Of a stretch of DNA of 41,206 nucleotides, positions 1-9,198 are shown piece after piece. This DNA is from a virus. The notes below the pieces were generated by a model that made no database searches, was not told the origin of the DNA, and saw only the letters and a list, made by a program, of their open reading frames with translations. The number at the start of each line of letters is the position of its first letter. Positions within the stretch are counted from its first letter, which is position 1. The stretch lies in the UHGV virus genome UHGV-0372926. The stretch is one strand, 5' to 3'. A program made the position numbers and the translations under genes.

Positions 1-1703
1 AGGGCGTTCTGATATTCCTGTTCGTTAATGATCCCTCGATCGTAAAACTCTTTGGCTTTGTCCTCTTTTGCTTTCTGCTGTACGTCGATAAGCTCCAGCT
101 CTGTCGCGTTCAGCGCCTGGATATCGGCGATATACTGGTCGTGCTGGCCCTGTTTCCTGGCGGCTTCCTGCTGCCGCTTATCCAGTTCTTTCTGGCGGGC
201 TGCGCCGGCTTCGAGCACTATCGCGGTTTTCGCGTCTTCATACTCTTTTTGAGTAATGTTTCCCGCTTCCAGATATTGTTTAGCCTTTTCTAATTTTTGC
301 TGTTCCTTTGCATCTATCTCCTTTATCTCGTCCGAATTAGTGCGAGCTATCTGGTCTAAAAAAGATTGGGCGTTTTTGTCTTGGGTAGCTTTCGCGTTAG
401 CTTCACGTTTAGCTGCAGCCGCGGCACGGGTGGCAGCAGCTTTTTCCTGCGCCGCTGTTTTTTTAGCCTCTCTCTCATCGAACTTTTTCAGTTCATAGGC
501 CGCCTCGGCGTCACGGGCTTTGTTAAATTCAGCTATTTGGGCCTTAGTTACGCCTTGTCTTTTGGCAAAAGCCTCTTTATCAAGTTTAGCCTGAGCTGCA
601 AAACGGTCCCGCTCGGCCATGCCCTGAATCTTAGTCGCGGCGATTATCGCATCATTTTGGTCTCGTATTTGTCGGGTGGCTTCATTCGTCGCGGCCCCCA
701 TTTTCTTCTGAGACTCTGTTACTAAGTCCTGCTGTTTCTGCGCGGTCGCCAGTGCGTTCGCGTTCTGCTGCGCGGCTGTCGCCTGATCCAGCAGTTCTTT
801 CTTGTTTTCCGTGGCGGCTACCGCGGCAGCCGCCGTGGCATCGGCGACCTTCTGCGCGTTCTCGGCCGACGGCTCGGCGTTAAACTGGCGCTGGGCCACC
901 AGCATGTCGGAAATTTCTTTTGTGCCTACGCCATAAGTCGCGGCCAGCTCATTCACCGCGGCGGCGAGGTTACCGTATTTCGCGCTGTTCGCATCGGCGA
1001 GCACGTTGATATTGGACAGCGTATCGCCGACATTCATGTTTCGGGCGATCATGTCGTCCAGGGTGGCGATATTGGTCTGCGCGGCGACGCTGTTACCGAG
1101 TAACTCTTTTCCCTGCTCGCGGATCGCCGTCGTGGCTCGCTCTATTTGCTGCGCCGCCTGCAGCCCGATCAGCTTAACCATGCTGCCGTATGCGGCGTCG
1201 CCGTTCTGGCTAAGTTGCACAAGCGCGTCGGAAAACTCGATCGTGCCATCTTTGGCGGTCTGGAACGACTTGGAAAGCTCGCTCGCGCCTTTCTCCAGGT
1301 CTTTAGCGCTGGCGCCGGTGTCGGTGAATGCCTTATACAATACACCGCCAACGGCAGAAGCCAGGGCGATAACGGCGCCCAGCACCGCGCCGCCCGGGCC
1401 GAATGCGCCGGCAAGCTGGCTACCCTGCTGGCCTATAGCGACAAAGGCCGACGTGCCGCTCTGCAGCTGCACGACCATATCCTGGACCTGGAAACCGACC
1501 TGCCCGGCGGCGTTGCGAAACTTGGCAAAACCGTCGTTGGCCGCTTTTTGGGTGGCGGTGTTTACCTTAACGACGTCCGGCGTCAGCCGGTTAACCGACG
1601 CGTCGGCACGGTCGGCGGAGGAGGCAAACTGATCAAGCTGTTTCGCCCCGGCGTCCGCACCTTCGGTCTTCACCCTTGCAACTAGTGACGCTGTGTCAGC
1701 CAT
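1..1703 (-). CDS. Tail tape measure protein, N-terminal portion; gene continues across the window edge into 40597..41206
   Basis: ATG at complement(1701..1703) opens MADTASLVARVKTEGADAGAKQLDQ... The minus frame stays open to base 1 with no listed minus ORF interrupting it. The product is Ala/Gln/Lys-rich coiled coil with a GxxGxxG-like hydrophobic segment, typical of tape measure proteins. It sits after the G/T chaperone pair. Confidence 0.8.
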   Translation of the reverse strand, partial: MADTASLVARVKTEGADAGAKQLDQFASSADRADASVNRLTPDVVKVNTATQKAANDGFAKFRNAAGQVGFQVQDMVVQLQSGTSAFVAIGQQGSQLAGAFGPGGAVLGAVIALASAVGGVLYKAFTDTGASAKDLEKGASELSKSFQTAKDGTIEFSDALVQLSQNGDAAYGSMVKLIGLQAAQQIERATTAIREQGKELLGNSVAAQTNIATLDDMIARNMNVGDTLSNINVLADANSAKYGNLAAAVNELAATYGVGTKEISDMLVAQRQFNAEPSAENAQKVADATAAAAVAATENKKELLDQATAAQQNANALATAQKQQDLVTESQKKMGAATNEATRQIRDQNDAIIAATKIQGMAERDRFAAQAKLDKEAFAKRQGVTKAQIAEFNKARDAEAAYELKKFDEREAKKTAAQEKAAATRAAAAAKREANAKATQDKNAQSFLDQIARTNSDEIKEIDAKEQQKLEKAKQYLEAGNITQKEYEDAKTAIVLEAGAARQKELDKRQQEAARKQGQHDQYIADIQALNATELELIDVQQKAKEDKAKEFYDRGIINEQEYQNA

Positions 1704-2060
1704 CGTGTCTGCCCTCGAAAATGGCGTCAATACGCATAATCAAATCCGCTTCCATAATGCTGATCCGCTGCCCGGTTACCGCCTTGTAATCGACGATATC
1801 GGACCACTTAAGCATTTCTCGCGGGTATATCATCATAGTATCATTAGTTTCGCGCTGTATGAATTTTAGTTCCCGGTATTTCTCGAACACGCCAGCAAAA
1901 ATTAAGGGGCACTCTGGCCCCTTTAATTCTTCGCGCTGCGCGCCGGATATAACCCCCATCGAGATCAGCGCGGCCTCATGCCCCGCCGATATCTGGTCGA
2001 ACTCCTGCCGGCGCTGCCGTGTTACGAATTGCCAGGTCGCAAAATCACACAGCGCTTTTA
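1696..2060 (-). CDS. T-like C-terminal extension of the tail assembly chaperone, reached by a -1 frameshift from the G frame
   Basis: This frame stays open from the G stop region down to the stop at 1696-1698 (ORF-track segment MGVISGAQREELKG...). It is offset -1 relative to G (codon phase mod 3 = 1 versus 0). Its position between G and tape measure is the canonical G-T arrangement. Confidence 0.4.
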
Positions 2061-2474
2061 CTTTGCGTTCAGTTCGTCCCGGATCTTGGTGTGGAACGTG
2101 GCGACCTGCGGCGCGAGCCCGCGATACTGGCGCAGTAACTCCGCGAAGCCTTCGCGGCTAAACTCTTCATCGAACGACCAGCCGGTAACCAGCTCAACCG
2201 CGAGTTCACGATTAAGGCTCTCCACCTGAATATTTCGCTTCTCGTTCCATTCGGCGTAGTTGTCTTTCGCTTTACAGGCCGCCTCCAGCTCTTCCAGCGA
2301 GGCGTCAACTGCGCGCACGGCTGCCGTGTACGCCCGCCCGGCTTCGATCGAGGCGTCGCAATCCGGCCCGCGCACCTGCAGCCATTCACCGGAGTCCTCA
2401 CCATTCGGCAGCAAAATAGGCATACGCGATCCGGCTTCGTGTTTGTCGGCAAAGTAAAAATCTTTCAGCTTCAT
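2058..2474 (-). CDS. Tail assembly chaperone (gpG-like)
   Basis: A 138 aa acidic protein lying immediately upstream of the tape measure gene. It ends ...HTKIRDELNAK* on GCA AAG TAA, which is the candidate slippery site. Confidence 0.55.
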   Translation of the reverse strand: MKLKDFYFADKHEAGSRMPILLPNGEDSGEWLQVRGPDCDASIEAGRAYTAAVRAVDASLEELEAACKAKDNYAEWNEKRNIQVESLNRELAVELVTGWSFDEEFSREGFAELLRQYRGLAPQVATFHTKIRDELNAK

Positions 2475-2490
2475 TTTTAACCCGCTATGG

Positions 2491-2519
2491 TTGATTTGTT
2501 GGTTGCGATATGATTATAT
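2491..2519 (+). promoter_or_regulatory. Sigma70-like promoter: -35 TTGATT (2491-2496), 17 nt spacer containing GTTGGTTGC (2498-2506), -10 TTATAT (2514-2519)
   Basis: Same architecture as the minus-strand promoter at 16214-16242 (TTGCAA-tgttggttgcaatatga-TTATAC). It lies immediately upstream of the plus-strand ORF 2550..2798. Confidence 0.5.
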
Positions 2520-2549
2520 ACATGTAGAACTTTCAAAGAGGAATATACC

Positions 2550-2798
2550 ATGACGCAATTCATTATAGCAATTCTGGCGATGGGGCTAAATCTGGCCGTG
2601 CTGTTCTTCGTTGTGCGCTACGCCACGCGGTCAAGCGAACAGGTCGAATTGTTGCGCCAGATTCTGGCTACGGCGAAACCGGAAGTAAAAAGCGAAATCG
2701 TTAAACTGACAGAAGAAAGATTCCAAAAACGACGAGAGGAAATGCGAAAAGAGTTCGAGAAAGGCGCCAGGTTATCCGATCATCGTTTTGATATTTGA
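2550..2798 (+). CDS. Small membrane protein (one N-terminal TM helix plus a charged coiled-coil tail), encoded antisense inside the late tail-gene block
   Basis: 82 aa: MTQFIIAILAMGLNLAVLFFVVRYATRSS...EERFQKRREEMRKEFEK. It has its own promoter and a GAGGAA RBS, and is followed by a perfect hairpin terminator. Confidence 0.5.
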   Translation: MTQFIIAILAMGLNLAVLFFVVRYATRSSEQVELLRQILATAKPEVKSEIVKLTEERFQKRREEMRKEFEKGARLSDHRFDI

Positions 2799-2800
2799 TT

Positions 2801-2827
2801 AAAGGCCCCTTTCGGGGCCTTTCTTTT
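2801..2827. terminator. Bidirectional intrinsic terminator: aaaGGCCCCtttcGGGGCCttt followed by a T-tract
   Basis: A perfect 6-bp GC stem with a 4-nt loop, flanked by A-runs on one side and T-runs on the other. It lies between the convergent 2550..2798(+) and major tail (-) genes. Confidence 0.7.
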
Positions 2828-3992
2828 ACGCGTACACAAGGCGCTGAATGACGATAGACGACTGCAGGCTATTGCCCGTCGCCTGGCCTTCAATGCTCTG
2901 CGTCACCGACTCTGCGCCGCCAATCTCCGGCGTTACTGCCGTTAGCTCGGCGCGCTTCATCGAGATAGACATTGCGCCCTTCACACCGGACAGAATCGAG
3001 TTAATTTCGACCTGCGTCTCGTTAATGAATTTCTGGATCATCGCCATGTCGTAAAGTTTACCAGCGATGGAGAAGGTGTTGACCGCACGACCGCGCTCAA
3101 CGAACGCCACGCTATTATTCCCCAGCTCGAATTGCGCCGATGCGCCGTTGTCGTTGGTGAAGGTCAGCGTATCGCACTTAAGCGGCTGAATACCATCGAA
3201 CACAGATACATCAACCGAGGAGAAAGGCTCCGCGTCAAAGGTGATCTGTGAGAAGTCCGAACCGGCCGGCGGCGCGGTGAGGATCTCCTGAGTCATACCG
3301 ATAAAGGGGAAAGAGCCGGTAACCATAGCGTTTACCGCCTGCTCAATGGTAAATCCGGAGATCTCAACACCGCGGGTGATAACGAAGCTGTCCGGGTTAC
3401 CGCACTGGCCTTTGAACCAGGTAAGGATCGAGAAGGTCTTACACAGGTTACCAGTTTCCAGTTTGTCGCCGGTGGCGTAATCTGTCTCCGCGGCGGCGGC
3501 AGTGGTTAATGGGTACTGAATAGCTGCGCCGGCCACAACGGTGTCGTTAACGCTGGTGACGATAAACGGCAGCCCGTTATTGCCGGGCAAGTCTGCGAAG
3601 CGGATAAGGTCACCAACTTCGACGCCGTCGGTAAGGAAGTTGCCCGCCGAGCGCGTGAACGTTTTGGCGCCCGCGTCTACCGCGACGTCTACGGCGGTGC
3701 CAGTTACGCCGGCCACCCAGGAAGACGTCATCGCACCTGCAAGAAAATCATCCTGGCTGCGGGAACTCAGTTCGATCGCGTATTCGCCGGAGACCTGTTT
3801 ATTCCCGGTGCGGATGAAGGATGTTTCCCGGCTGCCGTCAAGCTCGTTGGACGTCAGCGCATCGCGGGTTACCGCGGGCACACCGCCGGTATTGCGCAGA
3901 GGCGACCATACCGGGCTGGTCGGTGTAGTTCCTGGCGTTGTCTCCGCAACGTAAAACTGTGCGGTAAGCGCGCCCTTATATGGCTGTACCAT
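2826..3992 (-). CDS. Major tail (tube) protein
   Basis: 388 aa, Thr/Gly/Ala-rich beta protein. It sits between the tail terminator-like gene and the G/T chaperones. Confidence 0.5.
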   Translation of the reverse strand: MVQPYKGALTAQFYVAETTPGTTPTSPVWSPLRNTGGVPAVTRDALTSNELDGSRETSFIRTGNKQVSGEYAIELSSRSQDDFLAGAMTSSWVAGVTGTAVDVAVDAGAKTFTRSAGNFLTDGVEVGDLIRFADLPGNNGLPFIVTSVNDTVVAGAAIQYPLTTAAAAETDYATGDKLETGNLCKTFSILTWFKGQCGNPDSFVITRGVEISGFTIEQAVNAMVTGSFPFIGMTQEILTAPPAGSDFSQITFDAEPFSSVDVSVFDGIQPLKCDTLTFTNDNGASAQFELGNNSVAFVERGRAVNTFSIAGKLYDMAMIQKFINETQVEINSILSGVKGAMSISMKRAELTAVTPEIGGAESVTQSIEGQATGNSLQSSIVIQRLVYA

Positions 3993-3994
3993 TT

Positions 3995-4408
3995 TTATAA
4001 CCTCGCAGTAAATGCTATGAAATTAATGGATAAAGGGCGAGTGGCCCATCCGTTTTGCACTATCAGAGGCCCCAGGCTCACCGATTGCACCTCGGCGCAA
4101 ATTGCGTTGCGCGACATCGCAGATCCCGCTTTAAACGCCGCATTCAATAAGTCTGCCATTTTATTGATCGGCGCGCTACCTTTAGCCTGCGCGTAGTTAA
4201 TATCGACCTGATACACCCCGGCACGCTGTTCTGTCCAGAACAGGTCCGCCTGCTCCGTATCGGCCAGCAGCATGTAGCTTGCCAGATACGGTGTATCAGT
4301 GGACGTCGGCGCGTCAATATTCTCCAGCGCAACGGCGATATTGTTAGTCGTGCCAAAGGCCTTCAATGCGATGTCGAACGCTTTCGTTAAATCCTCAAAG
4401 TAACCCAT
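3995..4408 (-). CDS. Tail terminator / tail completion-like protein
   Basis: 137 aa, located directly upstream of the major tail gene. Starts and stops are tightly coupled to its neighbours. Confidence 0.4.
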   Translation of the reverse strand: MGYFEDLTKAFDIALKAFGTTNNIAVALENIDAPTSTDTPYLASYMLLADTEQADLFWTEQRAGVYQVDINYAQAKGSAPINKMADLLNAAFKAGSAMSRNAICAEVQSVSLGPLIVQNGWATRPLSINFIAFTARL

Positions 4409-4869
4409 TATCGCACCTTCGCGGCTTCTTCATCTATCAGTTGCTGGAATCGTAGCACATTAACGCGCACAACGCCTTGCGGCGCTTGCTTTGAGAATCC
4501 GCCAATCGTATTCGGCCCGTCACCGGGGTAACCCCCGTATTCGATAACATTGGCATACGGCAGATTATTAACCAGGGTAAATTCATACCAGTTAGGATCC
4601 CGGGTGACGACGCTGCTCATCTGAGAAATGGCTTTAGATCCGGAAGGGTCAATTCCGTTTTTCACGCCAACGGCGATACTACCGCCGGACGCCGCTTGCC
4701 AGTTCATACGAAAGCGTCCAGTGTCTACCGGACTGGCCTTGATTATTGCAGAGAACAGCTTTAGCGACACCTGGCGCATAACGGTTTCGTTATTCTTCTT
4801 CGTCTTTTCCACGAATGCCCGGACGTCAAGAGCGAAGGTTCCCATTATTTGCGCACCTGGATAAACCAT
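4408..4869 (-). CDS. HK97 gp10-like head-tail joining / tail component protein
   Basis: 153 aa ...RFRMNWQAASGG... in the head-tail joining gene set. Confidence 0.45.
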   Translation of the reverse strand: MVYPGAQIMGTFALDVRAFVEKTKKNNETVMRQVSLKLFSAIIKASPVDTGRFRMNWQAASGGSIAVGVKNGIDPSGSKAISQMSSVVTRDPNWYEFTLVNNLPYANVIEYGGYPGDGPNTIGGFSKQAPQGVVRVNVLRFQQLIDEEAAKVR

Positions 4870-5204
4870 GCGATCACATCGTCGTTTACCATCTTCGTTT
4901 CAATGGCTACGATGGACCACTCGGCGCCATTAAACGACACCTTATCTTCCATGGTCGGCAGCACGCTATGATCGGCTTTAACAATCATATCTCCAGCTTG
5001 TATGGTAGTTCCGTTCACCAGCGCCACATTAACCGGTACAGGCACCGAGGTTAGCGGAATCGTGGTCGGCGGCGATTCAACGTATTCGCCTTCATCCGGA
5101 TCCCACACTTTAGACCCGGCGCGAATCAGGTTAACAGAGCTGCCGTACTTGCCTAAAAGGCGCGTCGCGGTTTTCTGCATGCGCTTACTGAATGCACTGG
5201 ACAT
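4845..5204 (-). CDS. Putative head-tail adaptor / head closure protein
   Basis: 119 aa small beta-rich protein between the connector-like and gp10-like genes. Confidence 0.35.
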   Translation of the reverse strand: MSSAFSKRMQKTATRLLGKYGSSVNLIRAGSKVWDPDEGEYVESPPTTIPLTSVPVPVNVALVNGTTIQAGDMIVKADHSVLPTMEDKVSFNGAEWSIVAIETKMVNDDVIAWFIQVRK

Positions 5205-5818
5205 TATACCGGCTCCAGACGAGAAATAACGAGAAGGCCCGACGGCGCCGTGCCCCAGGCCGTTACCGTCGCAGCCTGCGGATAAATCCCGCCGAAGTTA
5301 GTTCCTGCACTGTCGCGCATGATCTGCACTGCAAAAGTCTGCCCGGCGGTGGCATTGATGACGACGCGTGACTCAATAGGGATTGTCACGTCGGCGCTAA
5401 CCAGCTTAGTCGCGGCAGGAGAGCCATATTGCGCGCCGGCAAGCAGGATCCTCGACAGCAAAATGGAAACGCCACTTGCGCCGGTACGCCCGGCCTGCAG
5501 CTTGACGCGGACCGCATAATTACCCGCAACGTTGAACGTAACCAGCCCTGCGGCCGAGATTGACACCGGGTCAGTCGGCGCACCCTGCGCCGCTCCGAAA
5601 GACACCTGCAGCGGGGTATCGACCGCCGCGGGCGCCTGGGTCACCAGTGACGGTGCGCGCAATACTTCAACCTCTTTCACACCGGCGGCCGCATACAGCA
5701 TTGAGTCGGCGATCTGGGTATTAACTTCCCGCAACTTTTCCGGCGTAATCGCGCCGGTAGTATTATCGGGAAGGTTGTTCGCGATGAGCGTGAAAAGTTG
5801 TGTTTTTGTCAGCGCCAT
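5204..5818 (-). CDS. Hypothetical virion protein; start taken at the internal Met (MALTKTQLF...) that gives an ATG overlapping the upstream stop
   Basis: An open frame in the structural block with a Thr/Ala/Gly-rich beta composition. Confidence 0.4.
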   Translation of the reverse strand: MALTKTQLFTLIANNLPDNTTGAITPEKLREVNTQIADSMLYAAAGVKEVEVLRAPSLVTQAPAAVDTPLQVSFGAAQGAPTDPVSISAAGLVTFNVAGNYAVRVKLQAGRTGASGVSILLSRILLAGAQYGSPAATKLVSADVTIPIESRVVINATAGQTFAVQIMRDSAGTNFGGIYPQAATVTAWGTAPSGLLVISRLEPV

Positions 5819-5819
5819 A

Positions 5820-6332
5820 TCAGCCCCGGAATACGTTGAACGAATACCCGTTATTAGCCCCGCACAGCAGAGGCGCCAGCGCATCAAGCGCTGCGGTAAT
5901 CTCGACGGTGGATCCGTTGTTGCCGTTGTTGAAGTATTCGACGGTTACTGTGCCTTCTACGCGCTCCAGAGATACCGCCCGGCCGTCACTAGCCCCGCGA
6001 ACATCGGTCCCGGCTCCGTACTCAACGGCAGCGGCCACTTGTGCGCGGATAACCTGGGACGGAATGCTGTCGATGGCGATGGGAAAACCATAGAGCGTTA
6101 CGTTTTTGCGCGGATAGGCCAGCTCCTGCGCCGCGGATACACGGCTACCGCACATTGCGGGCTCCTGCAGGCCAACATATCCAGCGCCATTGCGTAACGC
6201 CTGCTCTGCTTCCGTATCGTCGGTGGGCAACTCCCAGCCATATTTAGCCGCTAGTGCGCGGGCGTCCGACAAACTTACATAGCTATCAGCCCCGGCGACA
6301 ATGCTGCCATCCTCGACTATAAGAGCCATCAA
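5820..6332 (-). CDS. Head-tail connector (gp6-like) protein
   Basis: 170 aa, placed between the capsid genes and the tail-joining genes. Confidence 0.4.
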   Translation of the reverse strand: MMALIVEDGSIVAGADSYVSLSDARALAAKYGWELPTDDTEAEQALRNGAGYVGLQEPAMCGSRVSAAQELAYPRKNVTLYGFPIAIDSIPSQVIRAQVAAAVEYGAGTDVRGASDGRAVSLERVEGTVTVEYFNNGNNGSTVEITAALDALAPLLCGANNGYSFNVFRG

Positions 6333-6352
6333 CTACCCCCCAACGCGCGTAG

Positions 6353-6547
6353 TTATTGTTCAGCAGTCGCGCGACGGCGACGACGCTGGCGATCGGCGCC
6401 ACCACCGTTATTGTGCGCTTCTTCATTTTCCGGCACTGTCGCCACCAGTTCTTCTGGCTTAACTTCGCCGCGCTGCGGGATTAGCTGGCCATCTACTTCA
6501 ACCAGGCCATTGTAGCGCTCACGGATCACATAATTATCATTTGCCAT
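6353..6547 (-). CDS. Small hypothetical protein with an Arg-rich C-terminus
   Basis: 64 aa ORF with an RBS, inside the structural operon. Confidence 0.35.
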   Translation of the reverse strand: MANDNYVIRERYNGLVEVDGQLIPQRGEVKPEELVATVPENEEAHNNGGGADRQRRRRRATAEQ

Positions 6548-6582
6548 TTTTTAGTCCTGTTACGGCCCCGAAGGGCCGTTAA

Positions 6583-6927
6583 TTACGAAACAGTTACGAC
6601 GGTGCTATCGGAGACGATATTACCATAACCGTCTTGCATCACAACTTTATAGGTGCCGGAATCCGCCGCAGTCGTAGATGCTTTTACGTAGCTCGCAGAA
6701 GTGGCGCCCGCGATCGCATTACCATTTTTAAACCACTGATAGCTATACGGCTCAAGGCCACCTGTAGCCACTACGGTAAGCGTCATGGTCTGCCCGGCGG
6801 TAACTGCTGTGGTGTCATTCAGTCCAGTAGAGAACGACGCGGGAGAAATATTCGCCATATCGATCTTCACCAGTTCGCCGGTGTCTTCTGAAACACCGGT
6901 AATGCGTCGTTTGATTACATCAACCAT
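6583..6927 (-). CDS. Ig-like (Big_2-type) domain protein, possibly capsid decoration
   Basis: ...VTAGQTMTLTVVATGGLEPYSYQWFKNGNAIAGATSASYVKASTTAADSGTYKVVMQDGYGN... is a classic bacterial Ig-like fold signature. Confidence 0.5.
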   Translation of the reverse strand: MVDVIKRRITGVSEDTGELVKIDMANISPASFSTGLNDTTAVTAGQTMTLTVVATGGLEPYSYQWFKNGNAIAGATSASYVKASTTAADSGTYKVVMQDGYGNIVSDSTVVTVS

Positions 6928-6939
6928 TTTCTATTCCTC

Positions 6940-7209
6940 TTAAGAAGCCGTTAAAATGCCCGCGGCGCGGAGTTTAGCAAGCAGGGCATTAAATTCTGCC
7001 TGGGTTGGGGCCGCGGCGGAATCAGCTTGCGCCGGTTGTAACAGAACTCCGCCGCGTTGGGTCGCTGTTGGCACTTTATTACCCGCCATTGCAGTTGTCC
7101 CCGTAGTGCCAATTGCCGGTGGATACGTGGTAGGTTTACCACTAACCTGGTCAAACGCCAGACTCGCGTCTTTCAGGCTGCGCGGCAGCCCTTTACCGGT
7201 GATAGCCAT
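6940..7209 (-). CDS. Hypothetical structural protein
   Basis: 89 aa ORF directly downstream of the major capsid gene. Confidence 0.4.
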   Translation of the reverse strand: MAITGKGLPRSLKDASLAFDQVSGKPTTYPPAIGTTGTTAMAGNKVPTATQRGGVLLQPAQADSAAAPTQAEFNALLAKLRAAGILTAS

Positions 7210-7270
7210 ACATTTCTCCTGTATGAATGTGAAAAGAGGGGCCGCAGCCCCTCCTGATTATACGCTACCG

Positions 7271-8320
7271 TTAAGCGCCTACGCCAGTTACCAGGAACGC
7301 GATCGGCACGTGTTTGCGCTCCACCACGCGGTTCCAGTTAGTGGCATTCGCCAGGTCCTGCCAGGAGGCCGAACGCGCGATAGTCTCGCTGCCGTTGCCG
7401 GTGATAACCGCACTGGTGAAGCTGTAACCCAACGGATGCAGCAGCCAGGTTTTACGGGTCCACAGGGTTTCGACGCCGCCGCCGTTGCCGCGGGACGCTT
7501 CGCGCTCATATTCCAGCGGATTGGTCGGGCTGCCTTCGCCGTAGCCGATCGCGCCATTGCCGAAAATGATGCTGATAAACTTACGGTCGTTGCCGGTGCC
7601 GACTACAGTCATGCTGTCATCCACTACCACACGGTAACCCTGGTAGGTGGCAAACATGGTGTTATTGTCGGCGTCACGCACAAAGTCAATAAGCTGTTGC
7701 TTGCGGGCCTGCGCATAAACGAAGCTGTGCATCGCAATAGCGCCGAGAACGTCACCGGACGCCCCCATCAAAGCGTCGCCCATGGTCTGGGTAGCGTCAA
7801 TGAATGCGCCGGCGTCAAAGCCCAAAGTTGCGGACACGTCGATAACCATATCGTCTTGGGTATGATAGGCGTCGGTAGCCGCACGGTTGTCGTTGTACAG
7901 ACCGAGTGCGGTTGCGATCAGACGACGCTGCGCCTGGCGCTGCCAGAAGTTGTCGAGACGATTCGCGACAGACTGCAGCGGGTTCTGGCTGGTCAGCTCA
8001 ACGGTAAGATCCGCCTGGCCGAAACCTTCGTTCAGGTACGCTACGCGCGCCATCATCTCACCGGTCTGGACATTACGCGGGGTCGCGATGTCCTGATAAA
8101 CGTCGTTCGAGTAGTTCGGCTCGATGGACGTATCGATCGCTTTCCAGAAAGGAATATTTGCGATGTTAGACGGGCCACGAGCGATCTCGGCAGCGTAGGG
8201 CGTTGGGGTTAAGATCCCGGATTCAAAGAACGCGGTTTTTTCTACCGGGTCTTCGGTCATATAGGACAGGATGACCGGTTCATTTCCGGTTACGATATCG
8301 CCGATAGTGGTAATAGCCAT
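7271..8320 (-). CDS. Major capsid protein
   Basis: 349 aa, immediately after the scaffold gene with stop/start coupling at 8320. The composition fits HK97-fold capsid proteins. Confidence 0.65.
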   Translation of the reverse strand: MAITTIGDIVTGNEPVILSYMTEDPVEKTAFFESGILTPTPYAAEIARGPSNIANIPFWKAIDTSIEPNYSNDVYQDIATPRNVQTGEMMARVAYLNEGFGQADLTVELTSQNPLQSVANRLDNFWQRQAQRRLIATALGLYNDNRAATDAYHTQDDMVIDVSATLGFDAGAFIDATQTMGDALMGASGDVLGAIAMHSFVYAQARKQQLIDFVRDADNNTMFATYQGYRVVVDDSMTVVGTGNDRKFISIIFGNGAIGYGEGSPTNPLEYEREASRGNGGGVETLWTRKTWLLHPLGYSFTSAVITGNGSETIARSASWQDLANATNWNRVVERKHVPIAFLVTGVGA

Positions 8321-9033
8321 TATTTTTTCCTCTGGGCCTCAAGTTGCCGTTTAAATTCGGCTGGATCTGATTTACTGAACGCGATGCGTTCAGCGTCGTT
8401 CATTTCACTTAACGTTTTAGCGGCCCCGCCGCCTCGATTACCGGAGGCCCCGCCACCGGATGCAGCACTCGCCTTTAACAAATGGCTGAATGCTTTGTGT
8501 TCCCGCAAATGTTTGCGAAATTGTTCTGGGTCAGTAGTAATGACGTTACCATTAGCATCAAGGTATTTGGTCACTACGTCTTCGCCATCGAATTCGGTTC
8601 GCACGAACGGCGCCAGGATCTCGACGGCTTCCGGAGTAATGAAGTCTCCGGCAAAGGCGCCGATAGCCGCTTTACGCTCACTGCCAAGCACCCGGGCCGC
8701 AAGCGAATTATACCGTGCGTCTTTCTCTGCTAATACGGGCTCGTACTGACTACGAATCGTCTTCTCGAATTCGTCCATTTTACCAGCGGATTTTAAAGCC
8801 TCCTGGTGTTCGCGCTGCCGTAGTTCCTCGGCCTCTTTGGCCCTGCGCGACGCCTCTTTACTCTCATTGAGAAGTGCGTCACGGTTAGCTTTAAGCCCGG
8901 CTACTTCTTTAGCGATCAGCTCATCGACTTCTGCCTGGGTGTAGGTCTTTGGCGCGTCGCCACCGCCGCCACCCTGCGATCCATCATCGTGCTCATCCTG
9001 GTACGCGAAAAGGAAAGACTGTAAAAAACGATG
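8320..9033 (-). CDS. Head scaffolding protein; start chosen at MHRFLQ... which has an AGGGGT RBS
   Basis: A Glu/Lys/Ala-rich coiled coil (...EELRQREHQEALKSAGKMDEFEK...) directly upstream of the capsid gene. Confidence 0.6.
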   Translation of the reverse strand, partial: HRFLQSFLFAYQDEHDDGSQGGGGGDAPKTYTQAEVDELIAKEVAGLKANRDALLNESKEASRRAKEAEELRQREHQEALKSAGKMDEFEKTIRSQYEPVLAEKDARYNSLAARVLGSERKAAIGAFAGDFITPEAVEILAPFVRTEFDGEDVVTKYLDANGNVITTDPEQFRKHLREHKAFSHLLKASAASGGGASGNRGGGAAKTLSEMNDAERIAFSKSDPAEFKRQLEAQRKK

Positions 9034-9138
9034 CATAGTACGTAGACCCCTGGTCTTTATGAATCCGGGCCACCCGGATTTACATACGCTAAATATACAG
9101 GGCAGCGCAAGTATTAACAATATATCTGCAAATGTTGG

Positions 9139-9167
9139 TTGCAATATGTATGAGGCAATATTATAGT
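9139..9167 (+). promoter_or_regulatory. Sigma70-like promoter: -35 TTGCAA (9139-9144), 17 nt spacer, -10 TATAGT (9162-9167); GTTGGTTGC at 9134-9142
   Basis: Nearly identical to the promoter at 33751-33784 (atgttggTTGCAAtat...atatTATAGTtag). Confidence 0.55.
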
Positions 9168-9198
9168 TAGGAAACCAACAACGAGAAGGGGTGTAATT

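Noticed and set aside
1006-1685. Plus-strand ORFs of 208 aa and 179 aa, and the 81-aa minus ORF 1169..1414, in the first 1.7 kb
   Set aside because: They lie antisense to, or out of frame within, the continuous tape measure reading frame and are Ala/Arg-rich. The tape measure frame explains the region.
6956-8212. A 418-aa plus-strand ORF antisense to the major capsid and scaffold genes
   Set aside because: Its translation is Ala/Arg/Gly-rich low-complexity text and it has no RBS. It overlaps a strongly supported capsid gene in GC-rich DNA, where long spurious antisense ORFs are expected.
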